In this document: positions 26,152 through 34,539 of the stretch, piece after piece
Position numbering within the stretch: position 1 is the first letter of the stretch
Layout of the letters: each line of letters starts with the position of its first letter
Made by a program: the position numbers and the translations under genes
From: a virus
Lineage: Duplodnaviria; Caudoviricetes
Virus record (IMG/VR): IMGVR_UViG_3300017747_003050
Coordinates: 1 to 44,526 of that record
Reading direction: 5' to 3' (one strand)
DNA length: 44,526 nucleotides
The notes under the pieces: model-generated
Databases searched by the model: none
The model's input: the letters and a program-made list of their open reading frames with translations, nothing else
Told to the model about the DNA's origin: nothing

Positions 26152-28809
26152 ATGGCAAAAAACGTATTCGGGCTCGTCCACACGATGCTGGACGACAGCG
26201 GAGCTTTGGAACCGGGCGGTTCCATTGAGGTATATGATGCGGGGACCACGACCGCGCGAACCGTCTACTCCGACAGGGCGCTGACGACCACGGCAGGCTA
26301 TCAGATCACCGCAGATGCAGCCGGGCGACTTCCTGAGCGCTGGATTGCTGACGCAACGCTGGTGAAGCTGGTCTACAAGGACAGCGCGGGCGCCACGCTG
26401 GCAACGCGGGACTATGCCAACGACAACGCGGACGGCCTTGAAAACAGCATCCAGCAATTCGAGGAAACCGCAACAGGCACAGGCGCGTCTCAGATCATCA
26501 CGATTGAAGACGTGCTTCTGTCATCTGTCTATCAGGTTCTCGTTTCGGTTGACGGCGCAGTTCAGCCGGTCACGACCTACACGGTCACGACCGACGAGAC
26601 GGATTCATTCGTCACCCTGACGGCCCCGCTTGCCTCTGCGATCTATGTCCGCAGCAACGCTGTTCAGGGCATCGCCTCGACGGCGGGGGACGACGTTGTC
26701 ACCTCCACCGGCTCCACCACGGCGCGGACGCTTGCGGCGCGTTTTGCAGAAGTCGCGAACGTGCTGGACTTCGGGGCTGTGGGGAATGGCGTCACCAATG
26801 ACAGCACGGCGGTTCAGGCTGCGGCGACATCGCTGACGAACGGCGGCACGCTCTACTTCCCTCCCGGCAAGACGTACAAGCTGAACACAATGATCACCAT
26901 CACGGCAAGCAATGTCCGTGTGATGTGTGAAGGCGCGACCATCGACGCTTCGGACCTCACGTTTGACTCAGGTGTCCGCGCGTCTGGCAGCGTGTTCAGC
27001 TTCGCCGGCACGGTCATTCTGAACACGACGCTTGCGGCGACGGTTTCTCAGTACGCCCGCACGGCGCAGCTAACCAGCGTCACAGGCATCCAGGCTGGCG
27101 ACCTCATCCGGTTCACGTCCGACAAGATACTGTATCGCAATACGTCTGACGTTGCCTATTATACCGACTTCAACCGCGTCACTGGCATTTCAGGCTCAAC
27201 CGTCACGCTGGAAGTTCCCGCCCATCTGGAGCTTACGACGTCAGGCGCGGCTGTGGCTGTGCGTGTCTACAGGCCGATCAGCAAATTGAGCGTGCGTGGC
27301 GGATCGCTCATCGGCGGCGGCGTCACGGGGAACCTCACCAACGGCATGGGCCAGTGCGGTCTTTACTTCACGGCCTGCGCGGATGTGGAAGTGGAAGGCA
27401 CGAATTTCGACGGCTTTCAGGGCATCAACATCTACACTGATGGCTGCATGGATGTGTCCGTGGACAACCTCGACATCGAGGGCATTGCAGAAAGCGAGAC
27501 GATTGTAGAGGGCCAGAACTCGGGCTTCTATGGCGTCTACTTTGCCCGCACTCGCAGGGGTACGGCAACCCGCGTCAAGGGTACGCGCGTCCGGCACGTC
27601 ATCGACGCTATCGACTCATACGAGATCACGCAGGAGACATGCAGGGCGGCTCGCACGCATCGCGGGGCGTTCGGCTCGCACGAGGGCGTCTATGACCTGA
27701 TCGTCAGCAATTGCCGGGCGGTGGATTGCTACTCGGGCGGGGTCAATCGCGCCTTTACGTCGATCTGGGAAAACAACGATTTCGACGCGCTGACGACTGC
27801 CGCAATCACCACGGCGACCATGCTGGCGGCTGATGCGGCTGGCAGGCTCATTGTGCGCGGCGGCAAGCTGCGTGCGCGTTCCGGCTCTAGCGGCGTCGGC
27901 ATCAACTCCACGGGCGTCTACAGCCCCTTGATCGTGGAGGGCGTGGACATCACCGCCGTTGGGACGGGCATGATCCTGCAAACGGCGAAGATTGCGAACC
28001 TGATCTTCCGTGACAACACGGTCGATGCGCCAACCGGCCTTGCCACGTCCTACCCGACCGGATCGGAGAACCTCGATTACTTCATCGGCGCTGTGATTGA
28101 TGACAACACGTTCCTGAACTACACGGTCAACGCCGTCACGTTGCGCGGTTCGGAACTGATCACGGCCCCTGCTGATCGTATCTACATCCGGGGGAATGTG
28201 GGCATCCCGGTCAACGCAGGTTCTGGCAATGGCTATATTCTTCGTGCTGAAGGCTGGTATGGCGATGACATCGAGGTCAGCGACAACACGCAGCTTGGCG
28301 ACGCGTCGGCGGTTGTGTCGATCTGCCCGTCTGCGCCGTGGCTCATCAGGTCCGCGCCTACCGTTGAGCGCAACACGAACTCACCCAAGACCAACAACAC
28401 GCACCGCATCATTGGGGAAAACACCTCCGCCAGCTATGTGAGCGGCGCAACGGTTCTGGCTGGTCAAATCCTCCAACGCACGCGCCCCGGCACGGCGACC
28501 ATCTTCGGCTACATCGTCACCACGGCGGGGACCGAGGGTACGCTTTCAGGCGTCACGACCTCGGTTGATATCGGCGTCTCGACCACGACCGCGAACCTTA
28601 CCGGCAACACCGTCAGCAAGGTCTACCCCGGCTGCTATATCACGATTACTGGCGCGGGCGTGGCGAGCGCCAATCTCTCAACGCGCGTGACGGCGGTAGC
28701 GGCTGACTACAACAGTTGCACCATCGAGACAGCGGCATCCACCACGGTGAGCGGCGCAACGACCGCCTACCGCGCGCCTGTCTTCACCGCCTTCGCCACG
28801 ACGTCCTGA
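26152..28809 (+). CDS. Tailspike / receptor-binding protein with right-handed beta-helix (pectate-lyase-like)
   Basis: N-terminal particle-binding region (GGSIEVYDAGTTT...TADAAGR), STTARTLAARFAE linker, NVLDFGAVGNGVTNDSTAVQAA...LYFPPGKTY cap motif, beta-helix repeats. Confidence 0.85.
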   Translation: MAKNVFGLVHTMLDDSGALEPGGSIEVYDAGTTTARTVYSDRALTTTAGYQITADAAGRLPERWIADATLVKLVYKDSAGATLATRDYANDNADGLENSIQQFEETATGTGASQIITIEDVLLSSVYQVLVSVDGAVQPVTTYTVTTDETDSFVTLTAPLASAIYVRSNAVQGIASTAGDDVVTSTGSTTARTLAARFAEVANVLDFGAVGNGVTNDSTAVQAAATSLTNGGTLYFPPGKTYKLNTMITITASNVRVMCEGATIDASDLTFDSGVRASGSVFSFAGTVILNTTLAATVSQYARTAQLTSVTGIQAGDLIRFTSDKILYRNTSDVAYYTDFNRVTGISGSTVTLEVPAHLELTTSGAAVAVRVYRPISKLSVRGGSLIGGGVTGNLTNGMGQCGLYFTACADVEVEGTNFDGFQGINIYTDGCMDVSVDNLDIEGIAESETIVEGQNSGFYGVYFARTRRGTATRVKGTRVRHVIDAIDSYEITQETCRAARTHRGAFGSHEGVYDLIVSNCRAVDCYSGGVNRAFTSIWENNDFDALTTAAITTATMLAADAAGRLIVRGGKLRARSGSSGVGINSTGVYSPLIVEGVDITAVGTGMILQTAKIANLIFRDNTVDAPTGLATSYPTGSENLDYFIGAVIDDNTFLNYTVNAVTLRGSELITAPADRIYIRGNVGIPVNAGSGNGYILRAEGWYGDDIEVSDNTQLGDASAVVSICPSAPWLIRSAPTVERNTNSPKTNNTHRIIGENTSASYVSGATVLAGQILQRTRPGTATIFGYIVTTAGTEGTLSGVTTSVDIGVSTTTANLTGNTVSKVYPGCYITITGAGVASANLSTRVTAVAADYNSCTIETAASTTVSGATTAYRAPVFTAFATTS

Positions 28810-28855
28810 TCCCTCTCCCCACCATTCGCCCCAACCCTAACGGGAACGAGAACGC

Positions 28856-29986
28856 ATGTCTGTTTATCCGAACATTGCACGAACCGTCGCCGGGCTTGGC
28901 GATGGCCTCTCAACGCTTCTGCAAGAGGACGTTGAGCAGAAGGGCAACCCGCTGTTGTTCGCGGTGGGCATGTCTTCGTCTGCCGTCCCGCTTGCCAACG
29001 CTCCCATGCGGATCAGTGCGCAATGGACGTTCGACGCGCCGCCAGTGTTTCGCGACCGGCTGCACACGCAAGCGGCGCTCGGGTTCGGCATCGGCGGCGA
29101 TATCGAGGGCGGCAACTACTTTCAGGACATTCAGGTTTTCGAGGCGGGCATTCAGGTTTTCTCGGACCTGAACTTCCAGAGCGATGACGCCGGCGCACTT
29201 GGCCCTGTCGCGCGGCTCTATCACAACAGCGCCACGCCCGCAGCGAACGACATCATCGGCGTCCTCAACTTTCAGGGTGAGGACAGCGCTGGCAACACAA
29301 CCTCATTTGCTGACATCAGGGCCATCATCGAAGACGCAACCAACGGCTCGGAAGACGGAAACCTGACCATCTTTGCGACAGTCGCCGGGACGGCTGCGGC
29401 ACAGCTCCAGATCGGAAACGGCGTCTACGGACCCGGCGCAACGGGCGGATACAAGGGCCTCGGCACGGCCAACTTCACGGCGGTCTATGACGATAACGTC
29501 CTGCTGTCCTGCTACGTGTTCGACGCTGCCATGGATGGCGCTGTCAGAATGGCGAAGTGGGATACCAAAGTCCCTGATCGCGTCCACCCTGCGCGCTATC
29601 TGGTCGAGGATATCGACGAGGATGACCCCGATACCGGCGAGACGACCCGCAAGGCCGTTCGACGCAAGGTAGAGGACGAGCGCATCGAGGCGCGCTTCCA
29701 CGATCCGGCGCGCAAGTTCGCGGCGCGTCTCGGCGGCAAATACGACCCGCTCGATATCGAGGGCTACTCCCGCCACTGGCAGGAGAAGCGCCACCTCACA
29801 TCCATGCCCAACGAGGACAAGTTCAACCCGGTGGCTGGAATGGCGACTGGCGCGTGGGTCCAACGTCTCATTGAAACAGTCGAAATCCAGGCGGTCCACA
29901 TATGGAAATTGCACGAGCGTTTAAAGCAATTGGAGCGGCAGTCCTCTTCCTCTGCGGATGCGGCGGATCGGGCGGGGGAGAAGTAG
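28856..29986 (+). CDS. Second fibre/spike protein with C-terminal intramolecular-chaperone-like domain
   Basis: Beta-rich N-terminal half; CYVFD...KRHLTSMP...RLIETVEIQAVHIWKLHERLKQLE resembles chaperone (S74-like) C-termini ending in a coiled coil. Confidence 0.6.
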   Translation: MSVYPNIARTVAGLGDGLSTLLQEDVEQKGNPLLFAVGMSSSAVPLANAPMRISAQWTFDAPPVFRDRLHTQAALGFGIGGDIEGGNYFQDIQVFEAGIQVFSDLNFQSDDAGALGPVARLYHNSATPAANDIIGVLNFQGEDSAGNTTSFADIRAIIEDATNGSEDGNLTIFATVAGTAAAQLQIGNGVYGPGATGGYKGLGTANFTAVYDDNVLLSCYVFDAAMDGAVRMAKWDTKVPDRVHPARYLVEDIDEDDPDTGETTRKAVRRKVEDERIEARFHDPARKFAARLGGKYDPLDIEGYSRHWQEKRHLTSMPNEDKFNPVAGMATGAWVQRLIETVEIQAVHIWKLHERLKQLERQSSSSADAADRAGEK

Positions 29987-30714
29987 ACATGGCTTACGAT
30001 TCAGGCCGCGCAACTATGGTCGTGGATATGTCCACGGGCAAGGACATGATCACCAACACGTCGCTGTCCCGGATGCCCACGACCGAGGGCGTGCAGATCG
30101 AGCTGATGACCTGGACGACGACTGCTGACGGCGAGCCCGTCGCGACGACAGCAGACAGCGGCGACAGTGTCGGGGCCAGCTATTCGGGCCTCGATCTCGG
30201 CGCCCATATCGGCTTGGCAGCAGGAACGGCCCTGAAGCCTCGCCGCATGTCGATGACGTTCTCGCTGACATCGGGAAGCGCAAACTCCGGTTCTGCTGTG
30301 ATGATCTCCAACCCGAACGGGCTGGGCGATATTGATGACATCACTGGAACGGCGGGCGCATCGACCGGAACGGGCTCGGGGCTTACCCGCGTCGGCAAGG
30401 GCTCGCTGCATATCGTGGCGACTGAGACAAAGGTCGATATCGGGATTTATACCGACAACAGCTTGTCAGCCACCACGGTCAACTACCTCAACGGCGATCT
30501 GACAAAGGACGGGGCGACGAAGTATTCCCTCACCGCTGAAATCCACGAGGACCGCATCATCGTCTGGCTTCCAGACGGGCAGGTGTGGACGAACGTTTCC
30601 GCCAACTACTACACCGCTGCTGGGCGTTACATTCAATTCGAGAGCTACACCGGATCGGCCAGCGCTACGCGGGCGAGCTTCTATGCGTTCGGCGCCGAAG
30701 CGGAGGTTCTGTGA
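29902..30714 (+). CDS. Putative lipoprotein or beta-sandwich protein (alternative start ATG 29989)
   Basis: The 29902 start gives MEIARAFKAIGAAVLFLCG-C-GGSGGG (signal peptide II-like); the 29989 start has RBS GGGGAG. Confidence 0.65.
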   Translation: MEIARAFKAIGAAVLFLCGCGGSGGGEVDMAYDSGRATMVVDMSTGKDMITNTSLSRMPTTEGVQIELMTWTTTADGEPVATTADSGDSVGASYSGLDLGAHIGLAAGTALKPRRMSMTFSLTSGSANSGSAVMISNPNGLGDIDDITGTAGASTGTGSGLTRVGKGSLHIVATETKVDIGIYTDNSLSATTVNYLNGDLTKDGATKYSLTAEIHEDRIIVWLPDGQVWTNVSANYYTAAGRYIQFESYTGSASATRASFYAFGAEAEVL

Positions 30715-31328
30715 TGACGCGCACACCGAAGCAGCAATTCGACAACTATGCGGAGCATATGGCGCGGATGCTTGGCGCGTCTGCGCCTCCCCCTCGCAAC
30801 AGGCCGAGACGACCGGGCATCTGGGCCAGCGGCGGCATGGCTGATGCACCCATCCAGACTTTCGAGACGGCTGACCCCATTCCAGATCCCCGCGATGAAG
30901 AACTAGCAGCCCTCCGCGCCCGTGTCGCAGAACTGGAAGCCAGAGACAGATCGGTGTTTCAGGAAGCCCCGCTGCTTCCCGCCCCTGATGCGCTCATGAG
31001 CGATTGGGGAGAGGTGGGGGCGTATCCTGGCATTCCGGACGACTTCGTCCAGCTCATGACGGGTGAAGAAACGCTGGAGCAGGCCGTTGAGCGCATGACG
31101 CTGGGCGTCGATGAGCTTCTGGATATGGCAACCGTGCTTTCCGATCAGTCGCTTGAACTGGCGCTCTGCACAGTCCCGCCCGAGCGGGTGAACGAATGGA
31201 CCGAGAAGCTGATCACCGAGAAGGCAAGGCTGCGCCGTCTGCGCGGAACGGTGGATGAGAACTTCGGGCGCGAGAACCTCGTCAGTCGTGTGCAGGGCAT
31301 GTTTGCGCAGGTGGGAGCCAAGCGATGA
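30714..31328 (+). CDS. Hypothetical protein
   Basis: Likely true start ATG 30714 (TGATG coupling, RBS GGAGG); 204 aa with a short coiled coil. Confidence 0.7.
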   Translation: MTRTPKQQFDNYAEHMARMLGASAPPPRNRPRRPGIWASGGMADAPIQTFETADPIPDPRDEELAALRARVAELEARDRSVFQEAPLLPAPDALMSDWGEVGAYPGIPDDFVQLMTGEETLEQAVERMTLGVDELLDMATVLSDQSLELALCTVPPERVNEWTEKLITEKARLRRLRGTVDENFGRENLVSRVQGMFAQVGAKR

Positions 31329-31349
31329 TTTCGAAAGGGGCTGGGCAAA

Positions 31350-31778
31350 ATGGAACTTCTGCTGAAGGAGCAGCTTGAGCTGCAAAAACGCTCCTCCGAG
31401 CGATCCGATTGGGAAAAAATCGCAGCGTTGCAAGAGGCCGTTTCAGTCCTGAAGTCACGCTTTGAAGGCGCGCTGGACAGCATTCGCGAAAAGCTTGGCG
31501 ATGCTGTGAGTGATGAAGACATCAAGGAGATTCGACGCGAGTGGGAGACGGCTATGCGTGATGCACTATCAGGGGTCCGTGAGCACTTCGCCACGGCCAA
31601 TGAGAACCAGTCCAATGCGCTTCTGGCGCAAGTTGAACTGATGCTCGCGCGCGATCGGGAGATGGCGGCGAACGAAGCAAAGAAGACGCGCCAACAGGTG
31701 CTGTTTCTGATCCTTGGAGCGGTGCTTTCCATCTTCGGGGCGCTGTTTGTCTTCTGGGAAACCACCGCGCGCATGTAG
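31350..31778 (+). CDS. Coiled-coil protein with C-terminal TM helix (possible holin/antiholin)
   Basis: 142 aa; helical soluble part then VLFLILGAVLSIFGALFVFW. Confidence 0.75.
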   Translation: MELLLKEQLELQKRSSERSDWEKIAALQEAVSVLKSRFEGALDSIREKLGDAVSDEDIKEIRREWETAMRDALSGVREHFATANENQSNALLAQVELMLARDREMAANEAKKTRQQVLFLILGAVLSIFGALFVFWETTARM

Positions 31779-31798
31779 CGCGAACGAGAGGGCTGGGC

Positions 31799-33007
31799 AT
31801 GGGCAAGTTCTTAGACAATTTCCTTGCATTCAAAAACGAGGCCGACGCGACCCGCAAGTTTGCGCTGTTCGCGGTGGTCATCATCACGGTTGGCCTTGCC
31901 TCGCTGTCTGTCACGGGCATCGTCGCAACCGCCAAGTGGACGTGGCTGTCAGCGCTTCCGACGTTCGGCCTAATCCTAGCCGTTCTCGGTGCAGAGCGTC
32001 TGGCGACCGTCGCGTTCATCCGTATGCTCACCGCATCAACGATGTGGCGCAAGATTGCGGGCGCATTCATCTTCATTGGCCTTGCCGCTGTCGGCGTCCA
32101 CAATGCGGAGAACGGCGCGAAGGTTGTCTGGCCGGAGCGGTTCGCGGAAAGCTCTGCCTCGCTTCAGGCAAAGGCGGCGCTTGCAGGCGAGGAAGCCGGG
32201 ACACTCGGCACGGCGCAGCAGGCAGCTATCTCAGGAACCGGCGCAGAGCTTGAGCGCGTCCGCGTCCAGATCGCGGAACTGAAGACCGAGCAGCAGATCA
32301 TGGCGAGCATGTCGCCGGAGGGTATCTCCAAGGCTCAAAGCCTCTTGCTCGCTCAGGGCCTATACTTCGGCAGCGTGGACGGCATCCGGCAAGACAAGAC
32401 GGAAAGCGCCATGCGTGCGCGCGGCGAGGCGATCCAGGCTGAGCTTGCCACCCTCAAGGCGCGTGAGGACGGGCTCATGGCGGGGCAGGCGAGCCCCGTC
32501 CAGCAGGCCACCACGGATCGCAGGCTGTCCGAGATCGAACTAGCCGACAAGGCAAACGCCGCGTTCTGGGCGTGGCTCTGGCTCATCATCATGCTTTGCG
32601 TTCTTGAGGGCGCCCGTTCTCTCAGCCTGTGGGCGCTCATCACCGACATCAATTCCAAGGACGCACAACGCGACCGCGACTGGACCGACGAACTGGCGGC
32701 GCTTCGACATCAGCAGGAACGTGCGCGGATCATCGCAGAAACCAACGCTGCGGTTGCCGCCTATTCGGCCCCGCCTGTCGCGGTTGAGCCTGTCGCGGCT
32801 ATTGAGCCTCCCCCGGAGCCGGAACCCGCACCAGAGCCAATCCCTGAGCCGCTGACGCTGGTTGATCCCGCGCCCGCCAACCAGGCGCTCCGCAAGGGCG
32901 GCAAGAACTCCTCCATGAAGAAGGCCGCAGCCAAAGCGGCGCGTAACCGCGTGCTCATCCTCGCTGACCGCAGCAATGCCCAAGCCATGAAGGTTGCCGC
33001 AGAATGA
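31799..33007 (+). CDS. Multi-TM membrane protein with extracytoplasmic coiled coil and peptidoglycan-binding-like domain
   Basis: Three N-terminal TM segments, KAQSLLLAQGLYFGSVDGIRQDKTESAM (PG_binding_1-like), a fourth TM, then a Pro/Glu-rich and basic tail. Confidence 0.75.
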   Translation: MGKFLDNFLAFKNEADATRKFALFAVVIITVGLASLSVTGIVATAKWTWLSALPTFGLILAVLGAERLATVAFIRMLTASTMWRKIAGAFIFIGLAAVGVHNAENGAKVVWPERFAESSASLQAKAALAGEEAGTLGTAQQAAISGTGAELERVRVQIAELKTEQQIMASMSPEGISKAQSLLLAQGLYFGSVDGIRQDKTESAMRARGEAIQAELATLKAREDGLMAGQASPVQQATTDRRLSEIELADKANAAFWAWLWLIIMLCVLEGARSLSLWALITDINSKDAQRDRDWTDELAALRHQQERARIIAETNAAVAAYSAPPVAVEPVAAIEPPPEPEPAPEPIPEPLTLVDPAPANQALRKGGKNSSMKKAAAKAARNRVLILADRSNAQAMKVAAE

Positions 33008-34539
33008 TTGACTGGATCGCTGTTGACCTCGGTACATGCAACTCAGCAGTTGCCATCTATGGACCTCTTGGCCCGGAAGTCCTGAAGATCGACGGATCGG
33101 AACTGGTTCCGTCTGCCGTCATGCTGGTTCACACCGACAACCCCGAAAATCCGTGGGAAGTGGTTGTAGGCCAGCGCGCCTTGCGTGCGCGTGAACGTTC
33201 ACCGCGTTCGCCTTACTGCTTCACCAGCTTCAAGCGCCAGCTAGGGGCCGTCTACAACCCGGAGGAAGCCTATCCGGAGCAGATGTGCGAGGGCGTCGAT
33301 GCGGAAGGCAAGCGCACCGGAATGCTCGCCTATCAAGGCTATGACGGGTTCACTTATCCGCCCGAGGAACTGGTCAGTTATGTGCTGATCCATCTTCGGG
33401 AAGCGGCTGAAGAAAAGCTGGGCAAGTCGGTCAAGAACGCCATCATCTGCGTACCTTCCGCCTACAATATCGCCCAGAGCAACGCACTGCGCAAAGCGGC
33501 AGAGATGGCGGGATTCGAAGAAGTCGAATTGCTGCACGAGCCGGTTGCCGCGGCCATTGCGCATGGCTTTAAGGAAGAAGCCGAGAAGGTCAGCCGCATC
33601 TTCGTAGTGGACGTTGGGGCTGGTACGACTGACTGCGCAGCCTTTGAGATCGGCGGCGGTCTGTTCCGGGTTCTGGGGACAAACGGCGCGGCGCTTGTCG
33701 GCGGCGATGATTGGGATCTGCGTCTCCGCAGCCTGGTCATGACGCTGCACGAGTTTGAGCACGAGAACTCCGCACTTGCCACGCAGCCAGACGCGCAGCG
33801 CATGTTGCTTATCGAGGCTGAAGCTGCAAAGCGCCGACTGTCGGAAGACGACCTCACCGAGTTTCGCGTCGAGGACATCGACATCGACAAGAAGACCAAC
33901 GAGGATGTCCACGTCATCCAGCGCATCAGCCGCGACCACATGGACGAGGCGACCAAGGAACTGCTGCGCGACATTGAAGACGCGATGACGCGGACGATGG
34001 CTGAAGCCAAGGAGAAAGACCCTCGCTTTTCCGTGCATGATATCGACTGCGTAATTCTCGTGGGCGGGCAGACGCGCGTGAAATCGATCCAGAGGAAGGT
34101 TGCTCACTTCTTCGGGAAGGCTCCAGCCTCAGGCGTTGACCCCGAATTAGCCGTCGTGCTCGGAGCCGCCGTGAAGGCAGGCATCCGCGAGGGCAGGCTC
34201 GCCAGCATCACCATCGAGAACATCACCTCGCACGGCTTCTCGATCGAGACGCACGACAAGCCGGAAGACGTGGCAACCGAGATCGTTCGCAAAGGGACGG
34301 CCTACGGCACGAAAGCGACGTGGTGGCTTCGACCGCGGGGCGATGCAGGCCAGTCCGTCATGACGCTGAAGCTCTTGCAGGGCGATTCCAAGGAGCCTGG
34401 CGAGAACATCGTGGTCTGGGAACATCATATCCCGATCGATGCTGAGGCTCCGGAAGACGTGCAGCTTGACGTGGAGATCGGCCCGTCAGGCGAGCCTATA
34501 CTTGACGTGGCTGGTGCATCATTTGGCAGGGCGGCATGA
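33004..34539 (+). CDS. Hsp70/DnaK-family ATPase, C-terminally truncated (no alpha-helical lid)
   Basis: AVDLGTCNS (phosphate 1), SFKRQLG, ICVPSAYN, LHEPVAAAIAHG, VVDVGAGTTD (phosphate 2), VGGDDWD, EAEAAKRRLS, LVGGQTR (adenosine), degenerate SBD-beta. Confidence 0.92.
   Translation: MIDWIAVDLGTCNSAVAIYGPLGPEVLKIDGSELVPSAVMLVHTDNPENPWEVVVGQRALRARERSPRSPYCFTSFKRQLGAVYNPEEAYPEQMCEGVDAEGKRTGMLAYQGYDGFTYPPEELVSYVLIHLREAAEEKLGKSVKNAIICVPSAYNIAQSNALRKAAEMAGFEEVELLHEPVAAAIAHGFKEEAEKVSRIFVVDVGAGTTDCAAFEIGGGLFRVLGTNGAALVGGDDWDLRLRSLVMTLHEFEHENSALATQPDAQRMLLIEAEAAKRRLSEDDLTEFRVEDIDIDKKTNEDVHVIQRISRDHMDEATKELLRDIEDAMTRTMAEAKEKDPRFSVHDIDCVILVGGQTRVKSIQRKVAHFFGKAPASGVDPELAVVLGAAVKAGIREGRLASITIENITSHGFSIETHDKPEDVATEIVRKGTAYGTKATWWLRPRGDAGQSVMTLKLLQGDSKEPGENIVVWEHHIPIDAEAPEDVQLDVEIGPSGEPILDVAGASFGRAA

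Noticed and set aside
33004-34539. Host dnaK from flanking chromosome or misassembly
   Set aside because: The gene is divergent and truncated, has no dnaJ or grpE neighbours, and is joined by ATGA overlaps to phage genes on both sides
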